From positions 2,917,830-2,979,955 of the forward strand of contig JBNZDD010013657.1 of assembly GCA_050575255.1 (NCBI GenBank): 62,126 nucleotides of DNA, given 5' to 3'. The notes under the pieces are model-generated. The model saw only the letters and a program-made list of their open reading frames with translations. It did not search any database and was not told the DNA's origin. The stretch is from Harriotta raleighana. Its lineage: Eukaryota. Below, piece after piece: positions 39,250 to 51,120 of this stretch. The position numbers were made by a program, and so were the translations under genes. Position 1 is the first letter of the stretch. Each line of letters starts with the position of its first letter.

Positions 39250-39730
39250 CACGACCACATCACTCCCACCCTCGCCCGTCTCCACTGGTTCCATATCCCC
39301 CAGAGAATTGAGTTCAAGATCCTCGTCCTCACCTTCAAGGGCATTCACGGCCTTGCCCCCACCTCTCTCTCTGACCTGCTGTCTCCCTATCAGCCTGCCC
39401 GCCCCCTCCGTTCAGCAGACTCAGGCCTGCTCCGCGTCCACCGCCCTAACCGCCCAACCTTCGGTGGCCGGGCTTTCAGCCTCTCTGCCCCCATACTGTG
39501 GAACTCCATCCCGTAACCCTCCGCCTTGCTTCCTCCCTTTCCTCCTTCAAGGTCAGTCTCAAGACCTTCCTCTTCGACTGCGCCTTTGGCTCTCCCACTA
39601 ACTCTTCCCCCTCTCCATCCCCCTAGCCAATCCCCCTCCCCGCTCGGGTCCCGACCTGACTGTTCAGTGCTTTGGGAAGTCCTCCCGATGTGAAAGGCGC
39701 TTAACAAATGCAATTTTGTTGTTGGTGTTG
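39250..39730 (+). mobile_element. L2 LINE 3' fragment, well preserved
   Basis: Open frame HDHITPTLARLHWFHIPQRIEFKILVLTFKGIHGLAP...GGRAFSLSAPILWNSIP, followed by 3' UTR, stem-loop and (TTG)n. Confidence 0.92.
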
Positions 39731-40499
39731 TCTAGCATATTCTTTAATTTAGTAGTCTTCCCAGGTGACCTTCTTTGTTACTTACACAATGGCAAAATTA
39801 CATATGTATAGTGTCTTTTGCATTGGGAGGATATCCTAAGGTAATGGTTGGTTGTGCTTAGTTTGATGTTTTTCCAAACCAGATTGTGGTTAGTTTATTT
39901 ATTCAGCCAGAAAAAATACCTTTTTTTTCATTTATGTTCACCAGACATCCTTTTTTGTCGTGGTTTTGCAACACCAGAGTACTCTAAACCACATTCACAG
40001 CTGTCCTGTGACTGGATATCCTGCTTTCAAGAACAAATATCTATCAGTGTTTCTTTAAACATTTCCATTCCAATCACCATCCAGATTTATTACACAAACA
40101 ATAAAGTAAATGACTGAGCACTTCTTATGGCCTCACTTGGTAAAGTCAGTGGTTAGTGTGCTTTTTCCATGCTAAGATACTCTCAGTCACTGGTCTATGT
40201 GGTGGGATATTGAAGGCATGGTAATTGAAATGGTAGTGACAAGACAGGATTGAATTATCAATTTAATGTAATTTCTGGGTAGAGTTTAGAGATGATGGAT
40301 GTATTATCCTTTCCAGTTTGTGCTCCTATTATGGTTAACCAGAACCGAGCAGAAAACATGGTGGCACCGTGAAGACTCAAATGCCCGAGCCAGCCAAATG
40401 GGTCATCAGATATCAATTCAAGGTCTGCATGTTGAAGTAAACATTAAAACATGGCACGAATGGCACTCATCAAGAAGTTTCTCCCTGTGTCCTGGCCAA

Positions 40500-40640
40500 C
40501 AATAATAATCCTTGCATTTGATATAGCATTGATTTCACAACTTCCAGACGTCTCAAAACGCTTCACAGAATATACTGTAAAGTGAATTGACAGTGTATTT
40601 GTGGGTGAAACACTGCAGCCAATTGTACTCGGCAGTGTCT
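40500..40640 (-). mobile_element. Young SINE 3' portion
   Basis: Antisense tail and core. Confidence 0.8.
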
Positions 40641-41014
40641 CATGCAATAAGTTTGCGTGCGGCGTTGACAAGCAGACAAGAAATGAACGCCCCAGATACA
40701 AGTGGCCGTTCATTTCATGACTGCTGGTGGGAGTGTGCTGTGCGCAAACTGACATTTTACAATAAGTCACTACATTTTACAATAAGATTCTTGCCCACCA
40801 ACCCCATCACCCATTTAAGTGATAGTGACGAGTCAAACTCTGTATAGTCAATTATGTACTCCTAAACACCGCCGACGTATAGGGTGCGATAGGTATGCAA
40901 GTTGTTGTTCGCTTCATGCCTTGGGACTTCCTCTCGAGGTGAAAGGTGCTATACAAAAGTAATTCTGTTGTTGCGAGGCACTTTGAGATGTCTCGATGAT
41001 AAGGTGTCATATTT

Positions 41015-41306
41015 GTGGAGTCAGGTAGCTCAGTGGTTAGAGCGAGAAACCTGGGTTCAATTCGAGGTAGGGTGAAACCTTGGGCAAGTTTCCATACTCC
41101 ACACACCTGATAATAATCTCTCCAAAAAAAACCCACAATTGATCGTTTCAATCCACGCCTGTTTGTGGGAAGCTGCCGTGCGAATTTGGCTGCCGCGTTT
41201 CACCAACAAATATACAGTCAATTCACTTTACAGTATATTCTGTGAAGCGCTTTGAGACGTCTAGAAGTCGTGGAAAAACGCTGTCTCAAATGCCAGGATT
41301 ATTATT
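41015..41306 (+). mobile_element. Young SINE abutting the CpG island
   Basis: Head (with a small deletion), core and tail; many CpGs retained. Confidence 0.88.
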
Positions 41307-41329
41307 AAAGTGATCTGGGACTCCTCCCT

Positions 41330-42100
41330 GCCTGAAGGGGCGCGGATACAAACGCAAGTCGTTTTTTAATCAAAGACGTGGATCGTTTTTGTTATGCGAT
41401 GATTCTGCTCCAACGCCAACTGTTGCTTTTCGCCAGACCAGAGAGCCGGTTGGGCGGAGTGGGAGAGCCGGTTGAGCGAGGACTGAAAGCAACAATCTGC
41501 CAGCGACTCAGCCCTGACTGATAAGACTGATGGCGACAGGAAACGGCTGGCCTGAGAGGTGACCGCCTACGTTAGCCATTGTCGCTGTCGATTGGCCATT
41601 GTCGCTGTCAATTCGAACAAATAGGCCAATGACATCGCAACGGTTGGTTAGAGGCGGCTGTGATTGGCGTTCGCTGTCTGAACCCGCCCCGTCGCATCCT
41701 CCCACTCCACCCCCTCCCCACCCCACTCCCGCCCTCACAGCAGCGCGAGCGAGCGCTGGGTTTCACACCTGACAGTTGGTGGTGAAGAAAGCGCGAGGAA
41801 GGCCTCGGCTGCTCGATTGCATTTCACTTCACTTCAGTTTACTTCACTGAAAGGTTTAAACGGTTCTGTGGCCGGGGGAGGAAGGAGCGAGCGAGCCGGC
41901 TGTGCGGGCAGAGCCGGTGTGAACCGAGGTAAAGTGCTGCTGTTACACCAAGTGTGGGTGGCGGAGATGGGAGGGGGCCGAGGCCTTGCTGGGTGTAACT
42001 ATGGCATTGCAGGAGGAAGTGTCCGGGGAAAGACCGGACTTAAGTCGGAGCCTTCCCCTCCCCCCCACACTCGCGAATGAGCGATCATTGTACAGGGGGT
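41330..42100 (+). promoter_or_regulatory. CpG island promoter of a divergent plus-strand gene
   Basis: Highest CpG/GC density in the window. CCAAT/ATTGG boxes at 41591, 41626 and 41663; GC boxes (GGGCGGAG ~41452, CCCGCCCC ~41683); ETS-like GGAAGT ~42015. Confidence 0.8.
41735..41928 (+). other. Probable non-coding first exon of an unidentified plus-strand gene (5' end approximate)
   Basis: Directly downstream of the CCAAT/GC-box cluster, contains no ATG, and ends at a good donor CCGAG|GTAAAG. No recognisable coding exon follows within the window. Confidence 0.6.
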
Positions 42101-43155
42101 TTGTGCTGGGCTGGCCCCTGGTCTCCCAACACACTGTATTCATAGCTTGTCGTGTGCTTTATGCCAACCAGTTAGTTATTTGCATTTCCTTTGCATTTTT
42201 CCTACACCCTCCCCTTCTCTTTGTTTCTCGGCTGCTAACTACCGTATCTCTAGAATGAGAACGAGACTCGGAACCGTCACTTTTATTTTATGATTTTGGT
42301 TTTCATATATTTATTGCATTAAAAAAAGTTTGTTTTCCCCCCGTCTCACTCCATTCTCTTCCTCCACCACTCGCCCCCCCAAAAAAAAAATTCAAAAGCA
42401 TTTTTTCAGCCGAAAAGAGTTGGTGTGAATCGAACTACCGAATGTTTTGCCTTTTGTTTTTGCGACTAGAAGTGAAGTGGGTTTGTTTGCATTTTGCTCG
42501 CTCTCTCTCTCTCGTTTGCTCCCCACCCCACCCCACACATACACATACTTTGCATTAGCAGTGGAGAGTTCGGTAGTGGATTGCTCACATTGGGAGTTAA
42601 CTGAGGGAGGGATTTGTGCTTTCACACACTACAAAAATATGCAGTCAATTCCCTTTACAGTATATACATACTCTGAAGTGCTTTTAAGATGCTGTACAAA
42701 TGTAATTTTGTGGTTGTTTCAGTGACGTGAAGAGGCACTATATTAAATGCTAGTGTCCTTATTAATCTCGGCACACACATTCGTTGACTGTCATTGATGT
42801 GTTTATCAACATCAACAACAAATTATATTTGTATTAAAGGTATTGTAATTTGTTTAGCTATTTTCATGTCAGGAGGACGTCCGAAGGCGCTGGAAATTAT
42901 GAGTTTTTAAAAAATTTCTAACATTATAATCTGGTGGGTCTACCCGTGATCAGGAAGCAGCCTGTTAAACATTCACCCAAGGCCAAGCAAATCCATCCAA
43001 ATCAATGCCTTGTTTCCAATGGCTACCAAGTGGTGATCACGCCCATGGCTCAGCCATAAATCCAGAAATATTTAATTAAGAACATGTATTTGGTTGGCTG
43101 TCCAAAAAGTTTGATCACCATTGTTGTAATCATAACTGGTTTCCTATGCCAAATA

Positions 43156-43420
43156 TGTGGAGTCCTGTCGCTCAGTATTTAGAGCACTCGCCTTGCAAAC
43201 GAGTGACCTGGATTTGATTCCGGCCAGGGTGAAATGTTGGACAAGTTTCTTACTCCACACGCCTTATACATGCTTGCTTACTTATTTACTCCCAAGTAGG
43301 AACCCGATTGTTAGTCGATCTGTGGTTTACTTTTCCGGGGATAATGATTCCTTCAAAAAAAAAGTCACTTCAGTCCACGACTGTTTGTGGAATACTGCTA
43401 TGGACAATTGGCTGCAGGTA
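43156..43420 (+). mobile_element. Young SINE long variant, 3'-truncated
   Basis: GGAGTCCTGTCGCTCAGT head, extra block and core ending at CAATTGGCTGC. Confidence 0.8.
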
Positions 43421-44261
43421 GATTAAGTATTATGTCACTGATTTTTGAAAGTGAGTTGCACCACCTGATGCTGGTTTCTAAACCCAACAAATTCAAGTTG
43501 TACTCTGTTAATTATAGGATTCACACATTTGATTTAATTAGAAGATGGGTTTAGAGATGACTTAATGGATACAAATTCAAAAGTAACTGCCATATAATCA
43601 GTAAAAGTAGGTTCTGAGGGCAAAAAATGATGATATCGAAGCTTAAGAAGCTTGGATCAATGTCATCTGACAATTATAAAATTTACAGGCTGAAAAATAC
43701 TTTGACCTGTGCTCTTGGAACGTTCTGATTCTCAACTAATATACAGTAAAGCAAGGATTATTATTATTTAACTATATAATCTCAGTCCAAAAAGGCTAGT
43801 AAAATTACTGTGGTTTTAGGAAATGCTCTCTGATTCTATTTACAATACAACTAGTATTTCAACTGGTGGTAAATTTCAAGTTTAAAGTTACATTTTTCTT
43901 GGTTTGACTATTGGCTTATGAAGTAACCTATGGACGTTTTCTCACAAATAAATTAAAACAAAATTATCATTGAAAAAAATTGATAATAAAATTATTTATT
44001 ATAAAATAATAAATGATTATTATTACAGGAAATTGAGTTTGAGGCATATTCTGTGAAGTGCTTTGAGACACCTAGAAGATGTGAAAAGTGCTAAATCAAA
44101 TGAAAAGATTATTATTATTATAACATCAATTTGCATTTACATAGTGCCCTTCACACGGGGTAGAACCTCAAAGCACATTAAATGAAAAGCAAAAATTTTG
44201 TCCACATTTTTCCTTTTAAAAGAAAGTCTATATATTGTCATTTACTCTAGAAAATTATAAA

Positions 44262-44545
44262 CGTGAGACCTCTGTTCAAATCCAGGCAGGTCATGGCGAA
44301 ACCTTGGACAAGTTTCCTTACTCCACACACCAAATAATAATCCGTCAAAAAAATATATAATTTCAATTTGGTAAAATTTGGTAATTTCAGTCCACGACTG
44401 TTTGTGGGACACTGTTGTGCACAATTGGCTGCCGTGTTTTGCCCAATATAGTCGATTCACTTTACAGTATATTCTGTGAAACGCTTTGAGATGTCTAGAA
44501 GATGTGAAAAGCACTATTTCAAATGCAAGGATTATTAGTATTATA
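44262..44545 (+). mobile_element. Young SINE lacking its A-box region
   Basis: B-box region GTTCAAATCC through the (TAT)n tail. Confidence 0.85.
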
Positions 44546-45214
44546 ATAAAATAATTAATTATTTGATTTTAAATCAGAGTATGCCCTAATACCTGAGCAA
44601 TATTTACTGTATTCATTGAACAATTTTTCTTGTCCTGAAGCAGAAAAATATTATCTGTTCTAGAAATAATGAAATTTTTTTTTTTTTAAATCCATCTATT
44701 TTATGGCCAGGAAAGTTCATGAATTCAAAAGTAAATGCTCAAATGAACAGTTCTGTAGGATAAATGTAAAATGCTGTTTGCATCTAATTGTGTTGCCACT
44801 TTGCTGACAAATATATAGTCACTCCATTTCACAGTAACTCCTGCAAAGTACAGTACTTTAAGACATACTCTCAACTTGATAACGAACTTTAACAAATGAA
44901 AGAATTATTATTTAAGACCGTGGTTTTCACATAAAATAAATAAACTTCTTGTCTTACAGACAGCTAGTTGTTTGCAATATGTTTCAGTGTACTTTACTCA
45001 TGGCTTACTAGTTTTACTAGTAATGTTGAAGCTTTGTCGGCAGATGAATATTCACCTGCATTTCAACAAAAACAACTTCGATTTATATAGCGCCCTCCAC
45101 GCCAGACGGCGTCTCAGAGCGCTTAAATTTCATAGTTAAATGTTTAATTATTCTTGCCTCCTGGAGCATGCATTTGCTCAAAATGTTCTCTACTTGAAGT
45201 CTGTTTGGCTCAAT

Positions 45215-45500
45215 CTCTGGGGTTGTATTGTGTTGTGGTCGTAAGTGCTGTCCTTCAGATGAGATGATAAACTGAGATCCCATCTGCCTATTCAGGTGGG
45301 CGTTAAAGATCCCAGGATGTTATTGGAAAAGAGATGAGGGTTGCACCTGGTATCCTGCCCAAGATTCTTCCAAATAGAATTGGTCATTCACTTCTTGACT
45401 TTGTGGGATATTGCTGGTCATAAATTAGCTGCTTAATTTGGCCTACAAATAATCACTGCATTTTACAGCAATTCCCTTTGTATTACGTCAAGGTGTTTTG
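45215..45500 (+). mobile_element. Old Deu-domain SINE core
   Basis: GTGCTGTCCTTCAGATGAGATGATAAACTGAG..CAGGTGGGCGTTAAAGATCCCA..GGTCATT..TTTGTGGGA..AAATTAGCTGC, matching the recalled Deu domain. Confidence 0.7.
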
Positions 45501-48500
45501 ATTTTTTGGGCTCAAGGATTACAGCACGCTTCATGTTGGGAGGAGATCCCAAAGTGCTAATATTACTTTAAAATAAGCTTCGGGTAAAATTTGACCAATT
45601 TCCCCAGATTAAATTGTACAGTTTCTTCCTGTGTCAGAGTTACTTTTCTTCCTAATATAAGTTGTGTTTAGCAATATTGCTCTAATTGCAAATAGAAAGT
45701 ATTGTACTTTCAAAGATTCTCTTAAGTAGAAATAGTTTCTTATCTGAGCATCAGAGAAGTTTTGACATAGCAAACTGCAAAGCAAAATTTCACATTGAGT
45801 GCAGAGAACTTTAAGCAAGAAGAACCAGTTTGCAGAAGTCTCGTTTTTGATAGTTCTGATAGTTTTATTCTATTGTTTCATTCAATATGCACTTTGCTAC
45901 TTTTTAAAGAGGTATATTATTTCATATTTTCCTGATAGTATTTCAGATACAAATTATATATTCTAAACCCTGGCTAGCAGTTTTCTAGAGGTAGTTAAAT
46001 AAGATGGATGAGGTGATGAAAGGAAAGCAGTGGTGGCTGTTTGGAGGGGAGGGGGTTACTGCATTTGGACATTTTAATGGCATAGTTTTACATTTTATAT
46101 CTGCTCAATCTTGTCTTCTGTTTCCTTTAACGTTATGTAATTAACGGTTATCAAAATGAGATATATTGAGACTTATTCACTGAAGATGTATACTCATTCA
46201 AACAGAATTCAGATCTACACTAGCCTGTTTATCCTTCATGCCCTTTGCTCCATTGGAGGTTGTGTTTTCAGCCACAAAACTGTGGAACGCTCTCCCTCAA
46301 TCCCTTCGCCTTACTCCCTCTCACCCTTTTTATTCTAAGTCCTGCCTAAAAAAAACTTATTTTTCAACTTTTCCGGTCACTTCCTCCTCTGCCCCTGGGC
46401 TCGGAGTCAGGCTCTGGCACTGTCAAGCTCTGAGATGCTATGTTGTTGTTCAATCAAGAGAAATTAATTCTGTGATTTGAATCCGCAGCTCGGATGCAAC
46501 TCTTTCATTGTTCAGCACTTCGGCTATTTCCCCACTATTAAAAGGCTCTATATATATTCAATTTAATAAGGCAAATCTCACATGTACATTTTTCAACACT
46601 TGTTATTAAAATGTTCATGTGAGATTTGCCTTTTTTTTAAAAAAATCTTATCTTTTGCATTTTATTGCTTGTTGATATCCTTGTCTGTTTAGGAGCACTT
46701 TTATCGTTAGTCTTGTAGTGGTTTACAACATAGGCTTTTACATAGTGCCCTTCATGCGGGCAGCATTCTATTCAGGTCAAGAACCGACTATCTCACTACT
46801 GTATCTATCTAAAAAGTAATGCAAACCAAAATGTTGATTAATTTGAAAGTTTTAGGAAATATTGAATATTTGCTGTGCTTCAGATTCCTAAAGCTGATGT
46901 CTTGAGAACTGATTTGGGACAAAATGCTGCCTGTGTAACAATACAATTTATCTGCAGTGGTTTGGTTGAAGACCAAACTGGATGTATATACTATAATCTT
47001 AATTGTGTAATTGCGTATTCCACTGCAGTTCTATTTTACAAGTTTTAGGTCTGTTCAGTGCATTTCTGTTCAATCCATTAGACCCTTAATCAAACTATCA
47101 TTAATGGCCTAATATACATTATAATTTTGGAGTTTCCAGATTTAAAAAAATAATGTGCTATTCTGATTTCCCATTAATTCTCTATTAATTAATTAAACTA
47201 AGTAATTACTTTAGTTATCGGGAGTCCTTGTGAGTATTACACATGAATGAACGGCACACTGACTATGATGCCTGTTGTGACAATCACTGACTGGAAAGTG
47301 GAATAAAATCAGTGCTTTAAACTACTTAGTATACATTCTAAAATATTGTGGATTTTCGGGAGGCATTCACAAAGTTATAATCTTAGCTAAATGTTCAGAC
47401 ATCTCTGTATTCAACACGGTACTTTGGTTTACAGCTATAATATGGCATCAAAACCTTGATTTGACTTTATGGTCTTAATCTCCCAGAAGTATCCATTATT
47501 CCTTCTAAGCGCCTGTCACTAGAGTGACATTTGCCTGCAGTAATGACAGTCAATAGCCTCTGCCTCCACTGGAATTGCATTACTATTTTTAACTCCATAC
47601 CATTATTTTTATTTTATTGATATTAAATGTGTATTAGTGAAAAAGCTGGTCAATTGAGTATCATAAGGCTACAATTTATATTCTAGGTTCAGAGACCAGT
47701 GAAAATAATACATACCATTTTTTGCACGGCTTAAAATGCCATCTGAATACTTTACAGTAAATTATAGCCTCATTATTTCAACCATTTAATTATTTGCATT
47801 ATTCTGACTCATTAGTCATGAGGTGAAAAGGGAATATATCCTATCCACTCTTCCACAAATAGTAATAGTTGTTTAAGGATTAATTTCCTAACATTTTAAA
47901 ATTGTAGGAAGATGTACCTCTTTCTAAAGTATTTAATGACTTGTTTATTCACGGCTAGCTAATCTTTTTGTTAAAAAAATTAGAGCTTCCACAGTGTGGG
48001 AGTGGAAAAATACACCGTGGAGCATCTACGGATGGGAAAGTTTCATGTCTTGATTTCCAGCCTAGGGAGGAAAGATGGGAAGAAAAAGTGTATCAATCGT
48101 ACCAAAATTATTATCCTAGATTCCGTTGGAATGTGTAAAAATGAGGATGACAGTAATAGAGATGATTTGACTGAATTTACCGGTCTTGTCTTTATTTCAC
48201 CCCCCCACCACCACCACCACTCGGCTCCCATGGAACTATATGCCATCTGAGGAGAGGAGGCAATACTTCATCTTATTTAGTGCTTCTCAAAGTTCAATGT
48301 TTGAAAAAATTCATCTTTCTAGTTTCAATTTTGTAATGGAAATTCTGATTCTCTCCCTCATTTGTTTGAACATGGCATGAACTTTGCTCTGTACTGTGGC
48401 TTCAATTTGTATGTGGTTGTTGCTGGGTGGTTGGGTCACGTGTGTGTTTGTGTGTTCATAATAAATCTATATATATATAATATATACTAAATATATATAT

Positions 48501-50844
48501 ACAGGAACTGATATCAGCATTGGCTCTTTTTCAAGCATAATTCACAGCATGGAATGTCAGTAGCGACTTTGCACTTTGTTTCTGAGATTTTGGTCCCAGG
48601 TGACCATGTTATAAGGAGGGTTGCCCAACATTTGCCTAAAACAAATCTTTTAGTGGATGATAGTGGATTTGTAAGAATAAAACAAATCAAGCAGAGAAAA
48701 GATGTCTCCACTATGTTTGAAATCTCCAAAGCTGCTTTTGAGCCAACTCTACACAATATTATGTCCCATTCCTAATGGGAGAATAACAAAAACATACTCA
48801 GATATTTTCAGATTATCTAGTGAAATTAGGGGAAAAAAAGTGATTTCCAGTGAATCAAAGTGAAAAATTTAACTGTTTTAAATTGTGTTAAAACATATCT
48901 TATAATGATGTCCTTAATGATGAAGGTACAACCCAGATGGTGATTTTCTGTGTTTGGTTGCAGTTTTTAGGCTAACCTTTTTCCCATGTAATTAAACTGC
49001 AATCTCAAGCAAACATGTCAAGTGAAGCTTCAGAAAACTAGCTTTCTGTCAAAACACGTAAAACACTGAAATTAACAATCGTCAACTCCAGCTGTACCAG
49101 CTACCCTTTCTGCATTCCTCTTAATTTTCCTACCTTCCATCGGAGAAAAGGGGGAGCCATAGGGGGGAGTGAAATATTTCATTTTAGGAAAAAATAGGCT
49201 GATGATGACAGCACAAGATGACGACAGCACAAGACAGTAAGAGCATAAGGATCAGGGGTACCAATGCATTAAAGTGGATGGCAAGTGCAAAACGCTTGGA
49301 TGCCCTCTATTCAAATAGCCTGCTGACACTCATTGAAAGACTTGTATATGAATACAAATAGTGGCCATTTGGATGGGGTACTGGAGGGCAACCAGAACCC
49401 ATTGAACTGTACCAGCATGATAAAATCAGAAATGAATGAGGAGAAAATTAGAAAAAAGCATAAGAGTTAGCAGTGACAGATATTTCAAAAATATGGAAAA
49501 TGGAGTTAGCAGTGGCATAATCGTTTAATTAGCCTCTGTGCTGTAAATTTCTACTGCTCCTTAAATCATTCTGTCTGATTAACTGACTAATGTTATTTTC
49601 TCCAAAATAACGTGTTACTGGTATATCACGTGGTTCCACCACCCTTGAGCATGTCAGAAGTGGTTTTATTTTACAATCGGCTCACATTAGACAATTTGTT
49701 ACTTCTGCAGCTGTTATGCTATGATCAGACAGTTGCAAAAAGGTTAGCTGTATTCTGGATGGATGGGTTCAGTTGACAATGCAACTGAATCCTGTGGAGT
49801 TTTGGTTTTCATTTTGCCCATTTGAATTTGTTGCAGCCTTGCAAGTCTTGAGCACCACTATTTTCTATGTAGCAAATTAGTCATATAGCTAACTTTCTGG
49901 TGTATTTGTAGAAGAATGACTCCATGAGTTTGAATTCTCCTTTGGCATGAAAGACAACAGTTAAAATTAATTGTCCAGTTATGTATCAGGATGCAGTTTT
50001 TTCTCTTTCTAAGCCTTTGCTTTGCTGCAGGTGTAATTATTTTTAATATAAAGGTGTTTCAACTGAGCACTTTTTGTCCCTATCTTTCCTACCTAGTCTG
50101 GAAATCAAGACAGGAACTTTCCGATCCATTTGATACTTATGATAGTGTGTTTTCCCTCTTGGAGACTGTGGAAGATCTCATTATTTTCCTGACATAGACT
50201 GTACAATTGGAAATATGGTCTTGCTAATATAAGTGTTGCATCAGTTCATTAAGAGCATGCTGAAAATCCACAGCATCAACCACTGCAAGAAAAAAGCAAA
50301 TATTTTGTACAACCCTCCATCAGAAGATATTTTGGACACTAGTACTGTAATATTTTTCTCATTGACCACCATTTTCTATTTTTATTCCACTTTTCCTCAT
50401 GTTCCAAAATGTTTAAATGCTGTACATCATTTGTGGGAGGCTTTTTTTTTCCAGAGGATCTAGTTTTATTTAGTACATTGTGCAATGTACTGTTCTCTAT
50501 GAAAGGATTGCTCTGTGGTTGCCCCTATTTTCATCTGCTGACATTTCACTGTACTCCTGTATTGATTAATCAAAGGCCTCCTTCTGTGATGCCTAATTTT
50601 CCCAAACCACATTTGCATCTGCTCTGCACTATGAACTATGAGTGTCCAGATGTCTTGCTTTCTGTTTGACTCGTTTGTTGTCTGTCCTGTGGGAGCTGTG
50701 AAATGCAGGTCTGTGCTGCAGTGAAATGTGAAGAAGATGGATGGAGCCTTGAAACAAGTGAGCTAGTTCTTTGTATGGTTGATCACTTTTTTTTGTATGG
50801 GTAGTTTCATCTATGTTTCACTCTGAGGTCCTTACACATGCTCA

Positions 50845-51120
50845 TGCCTGTCTTTCGGGTGAGATGTTAAACCAGAGTTCCTTTAGTTGTTTTGGCTCTT
50901 AAGGTGGATGTTGACTCCCCACCTCTCTATTTTGAAGAACGAATGAGAGGTCTCCTGGGTTCTTGCCAGTAAATTTGCCCCAAAACCCAGTTTGATTGGG
51001 TATTTCTCATTGCTATTTATGGGACCATCTGATACAGATTAGCTGCAATATTTACCTACTTGACTAGTTGCCTTGCTTCGGGTAGCTCATTGTGTATACT
51101 GTTTTTAAATGCTTTGACAT
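50845..51120 (+). mobile_element. Old Deu-domain SINE core
   Basis: GTCTTTCGGGTGAGATGTTAAACC..GGTGGATGT..TATTTTGAAGAA; homologous to 45215-45500. Confidence 0.65.

Noticed and set aside
39116-39713. Long ORFs (161, 128, 107 aa), and similar ones at 52864-53340 and 60677-61039
   Set aside because: L2 ORF2 remnants or their alternative frames, not host genes.
41986-42258. ORF MALQEEVSGERPDLSR... in the CpG island
   Set aside because: No recognisable homology and no convincing donor site; lies downstream of the donor after 41928. GC-rich sequence gives chance ORFs.
47996-48775. Candidate exons near 47996 and 48504-48599 (MSVATLHFVSEILVP)
   Set aside because: Weak polypyrimidine tracts and no recognisable protein; cannot be supported without transcripts.
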